From a virus, in the IMG/VR virus record IMGVR_UViG_3300020204_000008: 64,000 nt of DNA; one strand, given 5' to 3'. The position numbers and the translations under genes are program-made. The notes below the pieces were generated by a model. The model ran no database searches. It was not told the origin of the DNA and saw only the letters and a list, made by a program, of their open reading frames with translations. Positions 31,325 through 40,625 of the stretch are shown here, piece by piece. Numbering within the stretch: position 1 is the stretch's first letter; each line of letters opens with the position of its first letter.

Positions 31325-31931
31325 ATTTTATATCAGTTGATTCAATTAAAGTATAAGAAAATTTATTTCCGTGAATCTTAGAAGCCTTTCTACATATTGC
31401 CATAAAAGCATCAAAGTCTTTTACTCTCTTGAATACTTGACATCCTTCTGACCAATTTTCAACCCAAGTTGAATCTTGACCTGCCTTGTGAATATTAATA
31501 CCAAACATGCCAGTATCTGTCACAGTCTCTTCAAAAATAAGATCTCTATTACCGTCTCTCCATACTGTAACATTATCATTTCTTTGACAAAGGGCCGAAT
31601 ATTTACCTTGATGTAAATCTATTTTATAAACACTTCTATATTGTCCCGGTACTAATCTTGCCACCCCCTTTTTATTATGAAACTGTTGAACTCCTTTTTT
31701 ACCAGGATCACAAGTGGCCAGCCAACAATAAAATTGCCATACTCCTTTTTCATCCTTAAAAGATATTGTAAGACAATCATCAAAAACATTTGTAACTTTT
31801 TTATAGACTGCAGGTGAAGTATTTCTCACACCTACAATATTCACATCATAACTTTTGTTTGACGTGTCTTCGAACCATTTATAACCTTTAGATTTAACAG
31901 CCCTTTCTATTTGTTCTTTAGTGTAACACAT
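31323..31931 (-). CDS. Putative endolysin/cell-wall enzyme with L,D-transpeptidase-like catalytic motif
   Basis: GINIHKAG...WSEGCQV (His...SxGC); late motif upstream at about 31947-31955. Confidence 0.6.
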   Translation of the reverse strand: MCYTKEQIERAVKSKGYKWFEDTSNKSYDVNIVGVRNTSPAVYKKVTNVFDDCLTISFKDEKGVWQFYCWLATCDPGKKGVQQFHNKKGVARLVPGQYRSVYKIDLHQGKYSALCQRNDNVTVWRDGNRDLIFEETVTDTGMFGINIHKAGQDSTWVENWSEGCQVFKRVKDFDAFMAICRKASKIHGNKFSYTLIESTDIK

Positions 31932-31958
31932 AATCTTTATTTTTTATTATTTATGACT

Positions 31959-32207
31959 CTATTCAAAGCCCAATCCCCAATTGTGATAGAAGTCGCCTAT
32001 CTCTGAAAAGCCGTCTTCGTTCTTAGTCTTACCGCGACCATTATCTTTAAAGAGCCAATTACAGAGCTCAGCGTCGACTCTTATATCTCCTATGAGAGAA
32101 GAAATAGTCAACAAGTTTTCTTGAACTGGGTTTAGGATTGGATCGTGATAGGCACGGTTTCTGTGTTGGTCTGCATCGAATCCCCAGTCTGATGGTCTAT
32201 ATGACAT
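31959..32207 (-). CDS. Hypothetical late protein
   Basis: ORF with GATAAATAA upstream (32222-32230). Confidence 0.55.
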   Translation of the reverse strand: MSYRPSDWGFDADQHRNRAYHDPILNPVQENLLTISSLIGDIRVDAELCNWLFKDNGRGKTKNEDGFSEIGDFYHNWGLGFE

Positions 32208-32307
32208 AATTGGATTTTCTTTTATTTATCCCCTGGACCCGGATCAAATCGGGCGTTATTGATGGGCCTGTTAAAATACTATAAACTTATTTTAGTTATT
32301 TATCAAA

Positions 32308-32336
32308 AAAAAAGGACCCCAGTGAGGTCCTTTTTT
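32308..32336 (-). terminator. Terminator downstream of tail sheath
   Basis: AAAAAAGGACC-N7-GGTCCTTTTTT. Confidence 0.8.
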
Positions 32337-32355
32337 GTGTAGATATGCCTAGTTG

Positions 32356-35300
32356 TTAGAAGCTTGGAATAAATCCAGTAGACTCTGAACTCAATGTTCC
32401 TCCAACTCTTGTGATAGTGATTCGGTTGATGAATTTTTGAATTCCTCTTGGGAAATCTACTCGAATATCTATGATCGCTGCGTTTGCTGAAATCACTTCA
32501 TTCGTATTATTTGAAGTATCGAAGATCACTTCATATGTAGAAATACCTTGAGCATTAACTACAGCGTTAAGATAGTTTTCAACAATCGTTCTTACTCGTA
32601 ATCTTGTGATCTCATCATTAAAATCAAATAGGAAGTTAAATAAGATCTTTTCAATATCTCTTTCAATCGTAGATAAGTTATCTCTAACGTGCGCGTTATT
32701 AAGAGCCGAATTAATTCTCTGGTATGCAGTATTATTAGAGAATAGAATAATTCCAAATCCTCTACGCTTAACCGTTAAGTTAAATCCTAATGGCTCTAAG
32801 AAATCTCTGTCTTCGTCAGTAAGATCGTATTCTAATCCTACTATTTCTGGATCTCTAAGAGCTCCACGTTTTCCACCAGCTACGATTAAGAATGGCGTAC
32901 TGTTCTTGAATTTTCTAACATATAAGTTAGAAATATATCCAGCCTGAGGAACCGATATGTTTCGGCTTCCGCTTCTTACAATCAAGTTAGGGAAGTGATA
33001 TGATGCATATGAAGATAGTGGAACTCCACGTACATCCTCTTCCGCGAACTTATATAAGAAGCTTGGATTTAATGCTGCATTTCCTCCTTGTGAAATATAT
33101 TCAGTAGAAACTAATCTAGTCGAAGTATTGATGAAGCTTGGATCCACTGATCTTTCAAATTGCTGCATTGATGGAGCATTTAGGATAGCCATTGCCTGAC
33201 CATTGAGAGCAGCTAGCTTAGCTAATTGATATTTTGAAGAACTTGAAATGGTTCCAGCATAAGAATCAATAACGTATCTAAAGTCAACTAATTCTCCATT
33301 TTCTAAAGCTTGTGGAATAAGAGTATAAGCAAAAAGATAATCTAAGATTCCTCCAGTACCCTCTAATCTCTCAGCTGTTCCATCAGGCAAAAGATCGTTT
33401 CTTAACTTAAATCCAGCTAAGTTTTGACCTTTTAAACTTGTTACAAAGTTAGGGATTCCTAAATATACTTGAATCTCGTTTCCAGTAACATCTAATCCAG
33501 TTACCTCCTCTGCTGAAGGTGCCATTGTAGTCACCTTAATTGTATCTGGCGCAGTTAATGGATTTGGAGTAAGAACCGATACTATTTTTAATAGTCTAGA
33601 TCTACCGTCAGTCACATTAGCTTTAATATAACTATTTGCTTTAATGTATTTATTGACAAGCGCCTTATTTTGAGCGGTGATTGCGCCATCTAATTCAAGA
33701 GTCAATACATTCGGCTGAGAAATAGAGTAGCTTGCAAAAAAGTTGGTATCCGTCAAGTCAAAAGTATGAGTAAAATCGTCACCGTCAGCCAATATTACTT
33801 TAAGATAATCATTACCCAAAACAGTATATGTGTTTTCGTTCACCAATGTAGTTAAACCAACGTTGGCATATACTTCGATCTTAATGTATTTTAGAGTAAC
33901 TGGGCCAACCGTTACTGTCAAGTTATCAATTACTTTTAAATATCGATCAGGGTTAAGTCCACCGTCTGAACTAATATCTCCAGTCTTTAAGAAACCGTTT
34001 TCATACGCCTCATATAACTTACTTCCTTGCACTGCAATTAGATAGTCAGTTGCCGCGTTGATAATATAAGTGTCACCAGTTGCCGCATTAGTTAGAAAAC
34101 TTGCTTCAGTCTCAGTACTAGTAATCTTAAAGACTAATTCAGCATCGACCGGTTTTTTGTAACTGATTGTATCGATTAAAGGAGTTGGATCGGCTACTGG
34201 ATTAAGATATGTTACTGCAGTTACCGTCATGACTTCCGGGTTTATACCTCCAGTTATTGTGATAGTATCCCCAACCTCATATCCAGTTCCAGCGTTATTT
34301 ATCACGATTGCAGTAATTGCACCAGCAGCTGCCGTGATATCAACAGTTAAGCCAGTACCGCCACCTGCACTTGTTGTAGCTACACCAGTTGCAGTAGTAT
34401 AACCAGTACCTAAACTATTTGTTGTAAAAGTAGATACTCCTCCAACATACACGTTATCAAAACCTCCATTGTCTGCATAATAAGCCAATTCATCGAATCC
34501 ATAACCGATAATATCGACCCTATGTGTAGCAACATCAGTATCAATAAAGTTATCATCTGTTAAATCAATTAGGTCTAATTTTTCAGCGTCTAATGAACAG
34601 ATCAATCCAGTAGTAGGGAATGCTCTATTTACTAATCGATCTATTGATACTGTAACTCCGCTTTGATCTCTAAAATTAGGAATCAAGCAACCAATCGTTC
34701 TGTTAATTACTGTAATCTCTCTTGATGCAAAGAAATTAGCAGCGTTTGCTATTTTTAGACCTACTTCATCAAAATAAGCCTTATAGATAGGGTCCTTTGA
34801 TAATTTTAAGTAATTTGTCCAATCTCCATTTACTACGATTACCTCAACAAAATAATCAGAGATAAAATCGTCTGGGTGAACAAAGCTAGGAAATTCAACG
34901 TTTCCTCCACCAACACTTGCATACCACTCTTTAGCAGTAACATCAAATCCAGTGACATTAGCTTTTCTAACCCAAACCGTCATGTTAAATTGACCTAGGT
35001 TAGCAAATGAGAGCACCTTATTTGATTCAGAGGTAGTTATACCAAATCCTCCAGGGTTAGTGATATAATCGTCCCCTAATGCTAGGTTTTTAGATTTGTT
35101 TAGTTTAGCAGTATCCGCAAACCATAGTCGTTGACGATTAAAGAATTCAACGATCGGATATTGATTTTTCCCATCATTTTTTGAAGCAGATTCAGTATTA
35201 AAAGTAGTGAATGCTGCCTGGTCTAAGTTTATTGAAGGTGTTGTGATATCAGTGTCCAATGGTAAAACATTCATCGCGAAAACCGGACCTTCTCTTAAAG

Positions 35301-35547
35301 CGACCTCAATCGTTCTGTGGAAGAAGCTTCCTGCTTTTTCTAGTTTTGGATCAATTTCTCCAAACACCGCTCTTAAAGTTCTAATATCGTTAATCAATAC
35401 TACTGTATTGAAAGGACCTATTCTACTTGATCCTACAATTAAACGACCGGTCGTAAGAGGTAGAACTACGTTCTCACTTGCATCGATCTCAACTGTGTAA
35501 ACACCACTAGACTTGTAATTATTTAAGTTTATCCTTGGTTCAGCCAT
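32356..35547 (-). CDS. gp18: Tail sheath protein (gp18-like, 1063 aa, with insertion domains)
   Basis: SSGVYTVEID N-terminus, GPFNTVVLI; C-terminal SALNNAHVR, FLFDFNDEITR, DTSNNTNEVI sheath motifs. Confidence 0.92.
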   Translation of the reverse strand: MAEPRINLNNYKSSGVYTVEIDASENVVLPLTTGRLIVGSSRIGPFNTVVLINDIRTLRAVFGEIDPKLEKAGSFFHRTIEVALREGPVFAMNVLPLDTDITTPSINLDQAAFTTFNTESASKNDGKNQYPIVEFFNRQRLWFADTAKLNKSKNLALGDDYITNPGGFGITTSESNKVLSFANLGQFNMTVWVRKANVTGFDVTAKEWYASVGGGNVEFPSFVHPDDFISDYFVEVIVVNGDWTNYLKLSKDPIYKAYFDEVGLKIANAANFFASREITVINRTIGCLIPNFRDQSGVTVSIDRLVNRAFPTTGLICSLDAEKLDLIDLTDDNFIDTDVATHRVDIIGYGFDELAYYADNGGFDNVYVGGVSTFTTNSLGTGYTTATGVATTSAGGGTGLTVDITAAAGAITAIVINNAGTGYEVGDTITITGGINPEVMTVTAVTYLNPVADPTPLIDTISYKKPVDAELVFKITSTETEASFLTNAATGDTYIINAATDYLIAVQGSKLYEAYENGFLKTGDISSDGGLNPDRYLKVIDNLTVTVGPVTLKYIKIEVYANVGLTTLVNENTYTVLGNDYLKVILADGDDFTHTFDLTDTNFFASYSISQPNVLTLELDGAITAQNKALVNKYIKANSYIKANVTDGRSRLLKIVSVLTPNPLTAPDTIKVTTMAPSAEEVTGLDVTGNEIQVYLGIPNFVTSLKGQNLAGFKLRNDLLPDGTAERLEGTGGILDYLFAYTLIPQALENGELVDFRYVIDSYAGTISSSSKYQLAKLAALNGQAMAILNAPSMQQFERSVDPSFINTSTRLVSTEYISQGGNAALNPSFLYKFAEEDVRGVPLSSYASYHFPNLIVRSGSRNISVPQAGYISNLYVRKFKNSTPFLIVAGGKRGALRDPEIVGLEYDLTDEDRDFLEPLGFNLTVKRRGFGIILFSNNTAYQRINSALNNAHVRDNLSTIERDIEKILFNFLFDFNDEITRLRVRTIVENYLNAVVNAQGISTYEVIFDTSNNTNEVISANAAIIDIRVDFPRGIQKFINRITITRVGGTLSSESTGFIPSF

Positions 35548-35567
35548 CTCTGTATAGATATTTTTAA

Positions 35568-35576
35568 TTATTTATC
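35568..35576 (-). promoter_or_regulatory. Late promoter motif GATAAATAA
   Basis: About 20 nt upstream of the sheath ATG. Confidence 0.65.
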
Positions 35577-35662
35577 TCAAATCGTATCAATAAATCTAAA
35601 AAAATAGAAAAATTAAGATCCGAGCTAAGTTTTGCAGTATAAGATATAAAAAATAGATAAGA

Positions 35663-36130
35663 ATGGCAAATACCGATAACCCGTGTGCTGACCTTAAGAT
35701 CGAAGATTTATATTCAAAAAGCACAGATACTTTAGGTGATATTATGGAAGTCCAACGGGACACTCAATTAAACGTTTACGGTTATGATTTTTCAAAAATG
35801 AGTCTTAGGGAAATCATGTTCTTTTGGCATGCAAACAATCACGCTCTTACTGATGAATTACATGAAGCAACTGACGCGCTTGGCGGAATCAAAGATGGCA
35901 ACGGAAATGCTATCTGGAAGTATTGGAAAGCAGACTATTCAAAATATGAAAACATGAAGTTTTCAGATCTTTCTGAATCAGACCAATTAGAGTGCAAGTT
36001 TGAAATCATCGATGTTCTTCACTTCTTCCTAAACATGGCAATATCAATCGGCATGACTCCACAAGAGATGTATAATATGTACATGAGCAAGAACCAGGAG
36101 AATCGTGACAGACAAAAACGCGGATATTAA
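35663..36130 (+). CDS. gp56: T4 gp56-like dCTP/dUTP pyrophosphatase
   Basis: AIWKYWK, DQLECKFEIIDVLHFFLNM, KNQENRDRQKRGY closely follow the T4 gp56 pattern. Confidence 0.85.
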   Translation: MANTDNPCADLKIEDLYSKSTDTLGDIMEVQRDTQLNVYGYDFSKMSLREIMFFWHANNHALTDELHEATDALGGIKDGNGNAIWKYWKADYSKYENMKFSDLSESDQLECKFEIIDVLHFFLNMAISIGMTPQEMYNMYMSKNQENRDRQKRGY

Positions 36131-36146
36131 AAAAAGTATAATCAAT

Positions 36147-36374
36147 ATGAATCTGATACAAGGTGGAGACCAGCCTCAATTAAACATTAACTTAGCAGAT
36201 GCTCCATACATGGAATGTGAAGAGTGTCAAGGAAAGATCTTTGAAGAAAAGATGATGATTAAAAAAGTTTCAAGATTTATGACTGGCTCTGATCAAGACT
36301 CGATCGTGCCTATTCCAGTTATTTGTTGTGCAAAGTGTGGACATGTAAACAAACTATTTAAACCAAAAGTATGA
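36147..36374 (+). CDS. Small zinc-ribbon protein
   Basis: CEEC ... CAKC. Confidence 0.65.
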   Translation: MNLIQGGDQPQLNINLADAPYMECEECQGKIFEEKMMIKKVSRFMTGSDQDSIVPIPVICCAKCGHVNKLFKPKV

Positions 36375-37789
36375 TAATTGGTGCAGAAGTACTTAATGAT
36401 AACACTCTAACCATCTCATATTATAATGAGAACGGAAAGATTGAATTTATTAAAAAAAGATTAGCTGATCACGAAATGTATAATTGGGTAGAATCGCAAA
36501 CTCCGACTGCTACCAAAAATTGGAACGGCAAATACGTAAAACGTGGTCCAACTCAAGGTCAATATGTAAATCAGTTCAGAGTTCAAGAGTTAATTCAAGA
36601 AAAATTAACAGCTGACGAGCTTGAACGAGTTTATAATTTTGATAACTTTCCCAAGAAAACTTATCTTGATATTGAGATCAAGTTGATCAATGACTCTTTT
36701 CCAGAACCAGACAAAGCTAGAATGCCAGTCGGGCTAATTTCATTCTGCAATGAGGACAACGTGACCTACATTCTTTCTATCCTAAATTCTGATGAGCAGC
36801 CTGAAGGTCTTACTCAAGAACAGATTACTAAAATGGAAAAAGAAGTAAATGAATATTTTAGAAAGACCGTTCCTAAAAAACCAGAAGATGCTCGATTATT
36901 CAATCAAGAATTTAAGATAAAATATAAATTCTTTAAGAGCGAGGATGAGTTAATGGAGTTTTATTTCCATAAGATCATGCCTCATTTTAATTTTGTTACC
37001 GGATGGAATGTTACTGAGTTTGACTGGAAGTACTTGATGAATCGCGGTAAAAACTTGAAAATTGACATGATGCAAAACATGCCAACTCGATCAACTGTTT
37101 CTAAAATAAAGATCCCAACGCATTTAGGAGTTCTTGATTACATGCAAGTTTTTGAAAAAATGAAGCCGTACAAAGTAGTTGAAAACTATAAATTAGACTA
37201 TATTGCAGACTTAGTATTAGGTACAGCTAAATTACACCATGATTATTCATCATTCATGGAATTCCAAAAAGACACTTATCTTTTCACCATGTATAACGTG
37301 ATTGACGTTATTCTAGTTAAATTAATCGAAGATAAGCTTGCTTTACTTGATGTTGCTTTTGCGATGTCAAATGTTGCCCAAGTAGAAGTAAACAAAGTAT
37401 TTAGTCCAGTATACATCGCTGAGATCCTAATGTGTCGTGAATTCTTAAACAAGAATCTCAAAATGATGAAGCTTCCTTGGGGTGAAGAAGTAGAAGACGG
37501 TACGTATGCAGGTGCTTATGTGAAGGATCCTACTCCAGGATATTATGGAGCAGTTGCCTGCTATGACTTTTCTTCAATGTATCCAAACATTCAGATTCAA
37601 TTCAATATTTCTCCAGATACCTATCTTGGTAAGACTGATAAAATCAAACGCGATGGCACTGAGATTCACACTAAGAATAACACATTATTTTCAACTAAGA
37701 CCGACTCGGTAGCTCGAACCATCCTTACTAGACTTTATGATGAGAGAATCAGAACTCAAGGAGAAATGAAAAAACTAAAAAGCTCATAA
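36371..37789 (+). CDS. gp43: Family B DNA polymerase, N-terminal part only (3'-5' exo + motif A)
   Basis: YLDIEI, GWNVTEFD, YKLDYIA, YNVIDV, YAGAYVKDP, DFSSMYPNI; stops before motifs B and C. Confidence 0.9.
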   Translation: MIIGAEVLNDNTLTISYYNENGKIEFIKKRLADHEMYNWVESQTPTATKNWNGKYVKRGPTQGQYVNQFRVQELIQEKLTADELERVYNFDNFPKKTYLDIEIKLINDSFPEPDKARMPVGLISFCNEDNVTYILSILNSDEQPEGLTQEQITKMEKEVNEYFRKTVPKKPEDARLFNQEFKIKYKFFKSEDELMEFYFHKIMPHFNFVTGWNVTEFDWKYLMNRGKNLKIDMMQNMPTRSTVSKIKIPTHLGVLDYMQVFEKMKPYKVVENYKLDYIADLVLGTAKLHHDYSSFMEFQKDTYLFTMYNVIDVILVKLIEDKLALLDVAFAMSNVAQVEVNKVFSPVYIAEILMCREFLNKNLKMMKLPWGEEVEDGTYAGAYVKDPTPGYYGAVACYDFSSMYPNIQIQFNISPDTYLGKTDKIKRDGTEIHTKNNTLFSTKTDSVARTILTRLYDERIRTQGEMKKLKSS

Positions 37790-38019
37790 TGGCAAAACCT
37801 ATACTTGTAATCGCTTTACCCGAGGATTCAATAACTAAATTACAGCCCGTTAATGAATCCATTGCTCAATTGGAAAAAAAATTGACTGATTATCATGTGA
37901 TAGCCTATCGAGCCAGTGACATAGAAAAATTGACCTTGAATGTACTAAACGCAGATGAGGCTGACGATCTAGACATTGAAAAACTAAAAGAAGAGATAAA
38001 TTTTAAAATAACCAAATAA
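37789..38019 (+). CDS. Hypothetical protein
   Basis: Translationally coupled ORF (TAATG). Confidence 0.55.
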   Translation: MAKPILVIALPEDSITKLQPVNESIAQLEKKLTDYHVIAYRASDIEKLTLNVLNADEADDLDIEKLKEEINFKITK

Positions 38020-38020
38020 T

Positions 38021-38353
38021 ATGGACACAACACAAGACTTTGTAAACTGGTTAGAGGGGTTTCTGGACGCATGTAAGAATACACCCTCTCCTCAACAAGT
38101 AAAAGAGATCAGAAAAAAAATCTCTGCTCTACCTAAATCAAAGGATAGATTTCAAGTAAACCGTGCATCAGGTGAAGTTTATACTCCATTATGGAATTCT
38201 AATTCTGGTCCAGTACCAGCTGATCACTTTTCAACGATCACACTGGTTCAACCGGATTCAGATCGTCCAAATAACGGTTCACTTGATGAAGAATTTATTA
38301 AAGCAGTTAATAACAATAAAACTGCCTCAACTATGGAAGAGCTTAACTCTTAA
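38021..38353 (+). CDS. Hypothetical protein
   Basis: FVNWLEGFLD N-terminal pattern typical of small phage proteins. Confidence 0.6.
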   Translation: MDTTQDFVNWLEGFLDACKNTPSPQQVKEIRKKISALPKSKDRFQVNRASGEVYTPLWNSNSGPVPADHFSTITLVQPDSDRPNNGSLDEEFIKAVNNNKTASTMEELNS

Positions 38354-38369
38354 AAAAAATCAAGACCAG

Positions 38370-39002
38370 ATGCAGTTTGATGAAAATAAATTAATCTCCT
38401 TAATGGAGAACTTTTCTGGAGCAAAGTTTCAATGGATCAAAACAAATCGACCTGAACTGTTAGGTAAAGTCGTGACTTGTAGAAACATTGAACCTCGCGG
38501 AGATCGATTCTTTGCTCTATTTGATGATGGGTCAAGCGTAGACACCGCTCAGCTTAATACAAGTTTACTTATGATACATGGAGACATGCAACCTTTAAGC
38601 AAAGCCGAGGTCGAATCCATCGCTGGCCCAAGACGACCTTCTCCACAGCCGACCGTTAAACCTAACTCTACCTCAGCTGGACCAGATCCAGCAGATACTC
38701 TTGAGCCTCGTCATTTTCAACCAGCTCAACCTCAAACTAACATGTTTGAAATGTTTAATTCTGAGGAACGTAAGATTGATCTTCAAGTAACTATGAATTT
38801 ACCTGAGAAAGATTTCTTAAAGATGATGTACAGCAATGCTAAAGACAAGGAAAAGTTTTTAAGTGAGTTATCTGATTATGTTTTTCGAGCGATAAATAAA
38901 ACTGTAATACAGTCAGCTATCTCAGACATGGTGGTTCCACCAAAAACTCAGAGAAGCAAATCTGGACCTACTGTAAATATCACCGAGATCCATGAAGAAT
39001 GA
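38370..39002 (+). CDS. Hypothetical protein with Pro-rich linker
   Basis: Start re-assigned to ATG 38370 (MQFDENK) to avoid a long overlap. Confidence 0.6.
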   Translation: MQFDENKLISLMENFSGAKFQWIKTNRPELLGKVVTCRNIEPRGDRFFALFDDGSSVDTAQLNTSLLMIHGDMQPLSKAEVESIAGPRRPSPQPTVKPNSTSAGPDPADTLEPRHFQPAQPQTNMFEMFNSEERKIDLQVTMNLPEKDFLKMMYSNAKDKEKFLSELSDYVFRAINKTVIQSAISDMVVPPKTQRSKSGPTVNITEIHEE

Positions 39003-39549
39003 TCAGTTTAATCTAAAAGAAGAATATTCAGACGATAAGTTTAAAATTCTTAGTTTTACCGGAGAAAAGGGAAGCTTTAAAAGAATCTCATCATCAAGGG
39101 AAGCAATTTGTTTGCTTCCTTTTGATGTTAATGAAAACGATCAAATAAAAAATGTATACTTAGCCAAGTATCATGACTATGTGCTAGACGGAGAAAACCA
39201 TCGATGTATCACTACTACTCTTGAACCAGACGAGTTTAATACTTATCATGAATCACTATCTCAGTGTATCGATCAGGAATTAGGATTAAATGATATCAAT
39301 GTAAACGATATCTTCTACTTAGGTCAGATTCAACACACCGTGCCCTTTACTAAGACATATAAATGTTATGCAGTTAACTTGACTAATTATAGTGAGGATC
39401 CCACAGGGTTTACTGCAAAGCTGCTTAATCCTGAATCAAAGCTTCACTCGATAGATAAAGTAAGATTTAGCAGAGTTATGAGAGGAGAAATATGTGATAC
39501 TTTAACTCTTTCTTGTTCTATTTTATTACTCTCGTATATCTCTGAATAG
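38992..39549 (+). CDS. Degenerate Nudix-fold protein
   Basis: AICLLPF strand, then TLEPDE...SLSQCIDQELGL at the Nudix-box position, then YLGQI. Confidence 0.45.
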   Translation: MKNDQFNLKEEYSDDKFKILSFTGEKGSFKRISSSREAICLLPFDVNENDQIKNVYLAKYHDYVLDGENHRCITTTLEPDEFNTYHESLSQCIDQELGLNDINVNDIFYLGQIQHTVPFTKTYKCYAVNLTNYSEDPTGFTAKLLNPESKLHSIDKVRFSRVMRGEICDTLTLSCSILLLSYISE

Positions 39550-39574
39550 AACTTTTGCCCATTCTCTAGTAGAA
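39548..39574 (+). promoter_or_regulatory. Early/middle promoter motif AGAAC-N16-GTAGAA
   Basis: Recurrent motif upstream of uvsX. Confidence 0.5.
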
Positions 39575-39594
39575 TATATTAAAACCGATTAATT

Positions 39595-40494
39595 ATGGCA
39601 AAGTCAACAAATGACGCAATCAACGCTTTTAATAAATTCAATGATCTATTAGAGAAAAAAGTAAAATCCAAAGTCACCCTAATGGGATTTTCCGACATTG
39701 ATGATTATATTCCTACCGGTAATTATCTCCTAAATGCTCAGATCTCAGGATCAGTCTTTGGAGGATATCCAAATACCAGAAGCATTGGAATCGCTGGAGA
39801 TTCTGGAGCAGGCAAAACGTTTCTTTGTTTAAACGCAGTACGAGAACTTCAAAAGAAAAACTATTTTGTTTTCTATATCGACACTGAGGGTGCAATCGAT
39901 CGTTCTGACTATACTAAATTTGGCGTAGACTTAGAGAAATTAAAATACCTTCGTATGGGTCTAATTAGCGATGTTAAGTTCTTTATCAATGACTTTATTG
40001 AAACGATGAGAGAGAATCCAGGATTAAAAGCTGCTATTTTTGTTGATTCAGTTGGGATGCTTGATACTGATAAGAGCAAGAGAGATATGGATGCCGGTAA
40101 AAACGCATCTGACATGGGACTTCGTTCTAAAGAGATGAGATCTCTATTCAAATCATTTACTCTTGAATTATCTAACTTAAAGGTTCCATTCATCTTCACA
40201 AACCACACTTACGCCTGCTTTCCAGGAGAACAGTTAATTATTACTGAAAACGGAACCACTAGAATAATGGATTTAAAAATAGGAGATCTAGTTGATACTT
40301 TAGAAGGATTTAAACCAGTTGAAAATATTTTTACATATGATAATGCTAATCTTCTAGAAATAGAATTTGAAGATGGGACAATAGTTAAATGCACACCAAA
40401 TCATAAATTCTTAGTAAGCGAAGACTGGGAAAATGAAGAATCTTGGGTAGAAGCAATGGATTTAATTGAAGGTTCTGAAATAACCTGTAAATAA
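39595..40494 (+). CDS. uvsX: UvsX/RecA recombinase N-terminal part fused to N-intein
   Basis: Walker A AGDSGAGKT, IDTEGA, FVDSVG, NHTYA followed by intein block A CFPGEQLI and block B TPNH. Confidence 0.93.
   Translation: MAKSTNDAINAFNKFNDLLEKKVKSKVTLMGFSDIDDYIPTGNYLLNAQISGSVFGGYPNTRSIGIAGDSGAGKTFLCLNAVRELQKKNYFVFYIDTEGAIDRSDYTKFGVDLEKLKYLRMGLISDVKFFINDFIETMRENPGLKAAIFVDSVGMLDTDKSKRDMDAGKNASDMGLRSKEMRSLFKSFTLELSNLKVPFIFTNHTYACFPGEQLIITENGTTRIMDLKIGDLVDTLEGFKPVENIFTYDNANLLEIEFEDGTIVKCTPNHKFLVSEDWENEESWVEAMDLIEGSEITCK
40216..40491 (+). mobile_element. Split intein, N-fragment (92 aa)
   Basis: Cys1, LKIGDLV, LEIEFEDGTIVKCTPNHKF, WVEAMDL Hint motifs; strongly acidic. Confidence 0.92.
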
Positions 40495-40511
40495 AATAAC
40501 ATTTAAAAGAT

Positions 40512-40625
40512 ATGAAAAAGTTAAAAGTTAAATCAATTAAGAAAATCGAATCAAGTAAAGTATATGATATTCAAGTAAAAGATGTACATCATTTTGTCTT
40601 AGATAACTCAGTAGTGACTCATAAT
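40512..40625 (+). mobile_element. Split intein, C-fragment (38 aa)
   Basis: KVKSIKKI...VYDIQV...HHF...VVTHN followed by Ser+1; basic. Confidence 0.92.

Noticed and set aside
38163-38369. Long overlap of the 279-aa ORF with the upstream gene
   Set aside because: An in-frame ATG at 38370 after an A-rich leader is the more plausible start
40494-40512. uvsX as a pseudogene or intron-interrupted gene
   Set aside because: Both halves carry intact complementary intein motifs, and the 17-bp gap is too short for a self-splicing intron
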